In this document: positions 16,262 through 20,000 of the stretch, in pieces
Layout: each line of letters begins with the position of its first letter
How positions within the stretch are numbered: position 1 is the stretch's first letter
Source of the DNA: an uncultured virus (IMG/VR IMGVR_UViG_3300049581_000068)
Taxonomy: Duplodnaviria > Heunggongvirae > Uroviricota > Caudoviricetes
Strand: one strand, 5' to 3'
Length of the DNA stretch: 20,000 nucleotides
Virus record (IMG/VR): IMGVR_UViG_3300049581_000068
The notes under the pieces: generated by a model
Databases searched by the model: none
Seen by the model: only the letters and a program-made list of their open reading frames with translations
What the model was told of the DNA's origin: nothing
Translations under genes and position numbers: made by a program

Positions 16262-16680
16262 GGGTTGATCGCCGTTTCTTCGCAGCCGTCGCACCAATCG
16301 CGTGAAGACAGGTACCCGACGTTTTCGTGGCAGTTCTGACACTCGCGCTGCTCGTCGTCGTCGGTTTCGCGCGGCACGACCGACTCGTCGCGCAAATCGA
16401 CCTCCCATGCTTCGCCGGTGTGGTCGTCGAACACGGTGAAGAACGTCATCTGCGCCGGACCGGGATGGTTGCCGGCGCGAGAGGCCATCGACCGGCCTTT
16501 TTTCGCGGCCTCTAGCACCGACGCGACGTCACCGACGCAGACCTCCCAACGCACCGTGAACATGCGCTCGCGCATTTTGCCGGCGTGCCACTCGTAGAAT
16601 CCCAGATCGGTGCGTCCGTTGGTCACCTCGGCAACCCATGCGGTACGTCGGTCTTCGTAGTGGTCCTTCATCGCGCTCAT
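16258..16680 (-). CDS. Hypothetical protein (140 aa) with C-terminal CxxC..CxxC
   Basis: ATGA overlap; GAGG RBS. Confidence 0.8.
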   Translation of the reverse strand: MSAMKDHYEDRRTAWVAEVTNGRTDLGFYEWHAGKMRERMFTVRWEVCVGDVASVLEAAKKGRSMASRAGNHPGPAQMTFFTVFDDHTGEAWEVDLRDESVVPRETDDDEQRECQNCHENVGYLSSRDWCDGCEETAINP

Positions 16681-16937
16681 GCGCGGAACCTCAGCACGTC
16701 CTCAATGGCGAAAACCATGTCGTCGATGCGGAACGTCTCGACGCGCTTGCGCGAGGTCGATGCATTGTCGTTGCGCGAGAGCACGCCGGTATAGGTGTGT
16801 CCACCGTACAGCGTGACTTCTGCCCTATCCCAAGGCTTTTCCTCGGTGATGTCGGCGATCACCTGCGCTAGCACGTTGCTAAACGTGCCAGTCCAGCCAC
16901 TTCCACTGCTGCGAAGTTCAATATCATATTCGTCCAT
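16677..16937 (-). CDS. Hypothetical protein (86 aa)
   Basis: First gene after the promoter module; RBS AGGGGA. Confidence 0.8.
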   Translation of the reverse strand: MDEYDIELRSSGSGWTGTFSNVLAQVIADITEEKPWDRAEVTLYGGHTYTGVLSRNDNASTSRKRVETFRIDDMVFAIEDVLRFRA

Positions 16938-17011
16938 ATCCCCTACTTTCGGTTGATTGTCTTGCGACGCTTATTGTTTCAGCTTCTCGACGGTATGTCA
17001 ATATCTATGAC
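16938..17011 (-). promoter_or_regulatory. Operator/promoter/leader module copy
   Basis: GTCAATATCTATGAC 16997-17011. TTGACA, 17 bp, TGa-AACAAT (16973-16978). Leader CAACCGAAAGTAGGGGAT. Confidence 0.85.
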
Positions 17012-17094
17012 TTAGGCTTTTTCTCCCGGCCCAGATACAGCAGCGCGAACCACACGCCGGCAGTCGGCAGGCCGATAACGAGGTAAGTCAGCAT
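17005..17094 (-). CDS. Tiny membrane peptide (29 aa, MLTYLVIGLPTAGVWFALLYLGREKKPKS)
   Basis: TGATG overlap, RBS AAGGGG, hydrophobic helix with a basic tail; stop inside the operator. Confidence 0.6.
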   Translation of the reverse strand: MLTYLVIGLPTAGVWFALLYLGREKKPKS

Positions 17095-17306
17095 CACCAC
17101 CCCCTTGCCGCGCGCATGTATTCGTCGTAATCGTGCTTGGCTTGCAGGTCGCACGCGCCGCAGAGCCAATCGTCCTCGGCGCCTTGGTAGATCAGATTCA
17201 TGGCGTGATCGACGTCGCCACACTCGCCACACTCGACCAGCATGAGTGAGGCAACCACCTCAGGGTCGAGCACGTCGAGCTCGGTAATCACGTCGGAGTC
17301 GCTCAT
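17094..17306 (-). CDS. Small acidic Zn-finger-like protein (70 aa; CGEC...CGAC)
   Basis: ATGA overlap; GGAG RBS. Confidence 0.75.
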   Translation of the reverse strand: MSDSDVITELDVLDPEVVASLMLVECGECGDVDHAMNLIYQGAEDDWLCGACDLQAKHDYDEYMRAARGW

Positions 17307-17662
17307 GCGTGTTGCTCCGCATACTCTCGCGCCTTGGCAATGTCGCGGCGCACGGCGTTTTTCACGGCTTCGGGCAGGCTTGACCACTTCGCATAGCGGT
17401 GCTTGTTGCGATAGCGGTACTGCGCAACCTCATGGGCTTGCAGCTCGCCGTGGTACGTGGCGCCGGCCTCTGTTGATGCCAAGTAGTTGAGCCACTTTTC
17501 GGCGCGCGACGAATCGGGATACTTGATCGTTTCCATGTTGGCGTAAATGATCGTGAAACGGTCGACCGTGCGCGGATTGTCGATGATGGCGAGAACCTCT
17601 CGCGGACAATCGCCGTCCAGCCAGCGCGCGCTACAGCGGCGCGGTGCGTAGTCGCGGCTCAT
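17303..17662 (-). CDS. Hypothetical phage protein (119 aa; IDN..TVDRFTIIY...W..LP..V motif)
   Basis: ATGA overlaps on both sides. Confidence 0.85.
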   Translation of the reverse strand: MSRDYAPRRCSARWLDGDCPREVLAIIDNPRTVDRFTIIYANMETIKYPDSSRAEKWLNYLASTEAGATYHGELQAHEVAQYRYRNKHRYAKWSSLPEAVKNAVRRDIAKAREYAEQHA

Positions 17663-17874
17663 GCCGTCACCGTTGTTTCTTCAACGATGCGGGGCGCGTA
17701 CGCGTTCTCGATGACGTTTTGCGCGAACGCTACTGCCTCGCTAGCGTCGGTGAACATGAGCATCACCTCGCCGTTCATCTGATCGTTGTTGAGTTTGACA
17801 CCCATCGAACCGCTGACATACTGCACTGCTTCGCGAACGATGGGACGATGGACATTCACTGTGACGATTTGCAT
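17659..17874 (-). CDS. Hypothetical protein (71 aa, MQIVTVNVH...)
   Basis: Leader CCAACGAGTAAGGGGAG directly upstream of ATG 17874. Confidence 0.8.
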   Translation of the reverse strand: MQIVTVNVHRPIVREAVQYVSGSMGVKLNNDQMNGEVMLMFTDASEAVAFAQNVIENAYAPRIVEETTVTA

Positions 17875-17884
17875 TTTTCTCCCC

Positions 17885-18190
17885 TTACTCGTTGGTGGTT
17901 GCTTCGGTCCATGCCGCCCAAGCGAATGAGCGGCCGGCTTCTGGCATGTATGTCGCGCGCCAAAACGCAAACTTGTCGGCAACTTCCTCCGAAACGCCTT
18001 GCGAGAGTGCATACTTGCGCACCGACGCAAAGGTCTGATCGTCGGTATCGACGACGGTATTTTTCTCGTCTGCGATGATCCGCAGCGACTCGGCAATGTC
18101 GACGAGCGCGGCGCCGATACCGTAGTTCTGCTCTACTGACAGCTCATCAACCCATCGTTTGAGAGTGTCGATGCTGAAGGTTCGGCTCAT
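17885..18190 (-). CDS. Hypothetical protein (101 aa)
   Basis: ATGA overlap; GGAG RBS. Confidence 0.8.
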   Translation of the reverse strand: MSRTFSIDTLKRWVDELSVEQNYGIGAALVDIAESLRIIADEKNTVVDTDDQTFASVRKYALSQGVSEEVADKFAFWRATYMPEAGRSFAWAAWTEATTNE

Positions 18191-18405
18191 GCGGAAAACT
18201 CCGCGATCTTTTCGTCTGGCGTGCCAGCGTAGCTACTGCCAGCGGTGCGGTAGACCGTGAACAAATCCTTGCCGTTCACGTGCGACACGCGCACGGTCAC
18301 ACCCGCGGTCCAGCCGTCGACGTGGGCCGCCATGCCGGACTGCTTGCTGCCCAGGCGCGACGCTTCGCCACGCTGACCGCGGATGATTGCTCGAAACTGT
18401 GCCAT
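18187..18405 (-). CDS. Hypothetical phage protein (72 aa; MAQFRAIIRGQRGEASRLG...GW..GV)
   Basis: First gene after the promoter module; RBS AAGGGGA. Confidence 0.85.
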   Translation of the reverse strand: MAQFRAIIRGQRGEASRLGSKQSGMAAHVDGWTAGVTVRVSHVNGKDLFTVYRTAGSSYAGTPDEKIAEFSA

Positions 18406-18484
18406 GTTATCCCCTTACTTCGGTTGTTTTTTGTTGTTGCCCTGAGTATTTCACGTTTTGCTTGGCTTGTCAATACCTATGACG
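18406..18484 (-). promoter_or_regulatory. Operator/promoter/leader module copy
   Basis: GTCAATACCTATGAC 18469-18483. TTGACA, 17 bp, TGa-AATACT (18445-18450). Leader CAACCGAAGTAAGGGGAT. Confidence 0.85.
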
Positions 18485-18580
18485 TGAGCCGGTTTCGGCG
18501 TGAGCCCAACAGAGCCGGCGTGTTGTCGTGCCATCACAAAGTTTTCGATCATCAATGGATAGCTGATATGGGGAGCTACC

Positions 18581-18760
18581 TCAGTCGCCTACATGTCGAC
18601 CACCTCCCCACATGGCCGCGAGTTTTTCGCCGGTCATCGCGGCATGCATGCGACGCACTTCCGGCGCTGCGGCATGGCACGCTAGGCAACGATTGCGCGG
18701 AAACAGTTCCAGTGGATCGACGTCGGCGCCGCAGTCGGCGCACCGTATCGGCGCGCTCAT
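18581..18760 (-). CDS. Small Zn-binding protein (59 aa; CADC...CLACH)
   Basis: TGATG overlap with the upstream stop. Confidence 0.75.
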   Translation of the reverse strand: MSAPIRCADCGADVDPLELFPRNRCLACHAAAPEVRRMHAAMTGEKLAAMWGGGRHVGD

Positions 18761-19362
18761 CAGATGAGTCCCACGATGCCGGCGCCTGCGAGGTTTGCTT
18801 TTTTCTGCCGTTCGGAGACGTCGTAAGCGATGGCGGCGCGCGCTTCGCTCATCACGTAGTCGCGCTCGCGGTCGAAACCGTAGTAACCCCAACAACTGCC
18901 GACGTCGCTACCGTCCGGCGCCGTCACCACGTAGCCGAACACGTCACCTTCGGCCCACGCGCGCCACGCTTCCAGACATACGCTCGTGGCTTTTTCGGGC
19001 TCTGTGAAATCGTCATCAACCCACGCGACGCCGGCGATACGGTCGAAACGGTCCGACGTCGGCGTGTCGGGACGGTAGTCGTCGGTCACCAGCGTGACGC
19101 CTTTTTTGCCCATCAGCGTGAGCCAGCGAACGATGGCGGCGCCGCTGCGATGTTCCCAGTCCCACATGTCGCGCGCGCGCAACACACCTTCCAAACCCGC
19201 GGGTATGTCGTCGCCTACGGATACGTCCATACAGCGACGGTCCCCGATCTTCAACATGGAAAACCCGTAGTTTTCCGGCTGGTCTGCGTATTCGTCTGCG
19301 ATGAATTGCACGACGTACTCACCGGCCGGCGTGTCGATTTTTTCGGAATGCAATTCGTACAT
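18760..19362 (-). CDS. Acidic hypothetical protein (200 aa; W..GDVFGYVV...SCWGYYG motif)
   Basis: First gene after the promoter module; RBS AAGGGGA. I recall this C-terminal motif from phage/plasmid hypothetical proteins. Confidence 0.88.
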   Translation of the reverse strand: MYELHSEKIDTPAGEYVVQFIADEYADQPENYGFSMLKIGDRRCMDVSVGDDIPAGLEGVLRARDMWDWEHRSGAAIVRWLTLMGKKGVTLVTDDYRPDTPTSDRFDRIAGVAWVDDDFTEPEKATSVCLEAWRAWAEGDVFGYVVTAPDGSDVGSCWGYYGFDRERDYVMSEARAAIAYDVSERQKKANLAGAGIVGLI

Positions 19363-19442
19363 TTTTCCCCTTACTGCGGTTTGTGTTGTGCTGCTTATTG
19401 TTTCACGCGTGATCGCGTTACGTCAATACCTATGACGTAACG
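19363..19442 (-). promoter_or_regulatory. Operator/promoter/leader module copy with an extended perfect palindrome
   Basis: CGTTACGTCA-ATACCTA-TGACGTAACG 19416-19442. TTGACG, 18 bp, TGa-AACAAT (19397-19402). Leader AAACCGCAGTAAGGGGAA. Confidence 0.85.
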
Positions 19443-19723
19443 ATTTTTTGGAAGATGAACCGCGCAACCAGACTGCTACGGTTGTCGGCGTCATACGCAC
19501 GCGACGCCGCGCGCTCAGCGGCGCCCATAGTCGCGTACGTCTTGACAGCATCGCTGAGCGCGTAAGCGCCGTCACCGCGCCAGCGCGCCAGAATCGGCGT
19601 ACCGGCGATGGCGAGCACGCGAGCGCCGCAACCGCGACATTTTTCGCGCTTGCCTTGATTGAACGTCAGACACGGCGACGCCGGCGCGCGGTCACGGTGC
19701 GGGCACTGATAGATGAGAGCCAT
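19430..19723 (-). CDS. Hypothetical protein (97 aa, MALIYQCPHR...CRGCG)
   Basis: TAATG overlap; stop inside the operator. Confidence 0.7.
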   Translation of the reverse strand: MALIYQCPHRDRAPASPCLTFNQGKREKCRGCGARVLAIAGTPILARWRGDGAYALSDAVKTYATMGAAERAASRAYDADNRSSLVARFIFQKIVTS

Positions 19724-19965
19724 TAGACGGCGCTCAGCTCTGCGAACTGCCGACCGTGTGCCATGTGGCGCTGCGTGGCGCCGCAATCACACGCATAGAC
19801 GTAATACGCGCCGGTAGCGACGCTACCCTGCGGTATCCACTTGTGACGCTTGTGCTGCCACTGCGGCCACAGCGCGCGGAATCGGTTGCCCGTTGTCCAG
19901 TGGTAGTGTTCCGCGGACTGATAGCCATTTTTCCCGCAGTGCGCGAGCGGGTCGACATCAAACAA
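19723..19965 (-). CDS. Hypothetical His/Cys protein (about 80 aa; HKRHKW...YACDCGA)
   Basis: Coupled to the downstream gene; start codon uncertain. Confidence 0.6.
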   Translation of the reverse strand: MFDVDPLAHCGKNGYQSAEHYHWTTGNRFRALWPQWQHKRHKWIPQGSVATGAYYVYACDCGATQRHMAHGRQFAELSAV

Positions 19966-20000
19966 GTGAGCGAAAAAGATTCCCCACTCATCCCACGTTG

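Larger units (their letters stand above)
1..20000 (-). mobile_element. Actinobacteriophage/prophage genome segment (head-packaging module plus accessory small-gene arm)
   Basis: terS-terL-portal-protease-capsid synteny, HNH gene, dense small ORFs with ATGA/GTGA/TGATG overlaps, WhiB-like gene, high GC. No integrase or att site in the window, so prophage versus free phage cannot be decided. Confidence 0.96.

Noticed and set aside
18485..18580. Hairpin GGTAGCT-N9-AGCTATC (minus strand, about 18558-18580) and an in-frame open stretch after the 18581 stop
   Set aside because: Weak stem with no U-tract, and the open stretch has no supported start or readthrough signal, so neither a terminator nor a CDS can be called.
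16057..19436. Repeated 15-bp palindromes as a CRISPR array or true integron attC sites
   Set aside because: Copies are about 1-1.5 kb apart with genes between them and are short. No cas or integron integrase is present, and they lack attC R/L box architecture.
18280..19440. 386-aa plus-strand ORF
   Set aside because: Antisense shadow of well-supported minus-strand genes. It crosses two promoter modules and has an Arg/His/Val-rich composition unlike a real protein.
1..20000. tRNA/tmRNA genes, integrase, attP, IS elements
   Set aside because: No cloverleaf, recombinase or transposase motifs were seen by eye; non-coding gaps are short and mostly explained by promoters.

Overview
The whole window is part of a GC-rich actinobacteriophage or prophage, probably Mycobacterium-infecting given its WhiB-like and DUF732-like genes. 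Bases 1-7786 form one tightly coupled minus-strand operon: small hypothetical genes, HNH endonuclease, terminase small and large subunits, portal, HK97-type prohead protease, and the 5' end of the major capsid gene. A short plus-strand island (7920-9125) holds a WhiB-like regulator, a small ORF and a secreted NlpC/P60-like peptidase. Bases 9112-19965 hold about 37 small minus-strand genes of unknown function. The most notable signal is a repeated regulatory module. A palindromic site GTCA-N7-TGAC (consensus GTCAATANNTATGAC) is fused to the -35 box of five SigA-like promoters (7856, 16057, 16997, 18469, 19422), each followed by a conserved ACCG..GTA(A)GGGGA-type leader/RBS motif. Degenerate copies occur at 7883, 8633 and 10718. 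The 10718 copy overlaps the putative promoter of an operon encoding an Aca2/YdiL(DUF1870)-like HTH protein (9740-10117). This suggests a distributed Aca2-like regulon controlling cassettes of small candidate anti-defence genes. All protein family calls are by motif recognition only; no searches were run.
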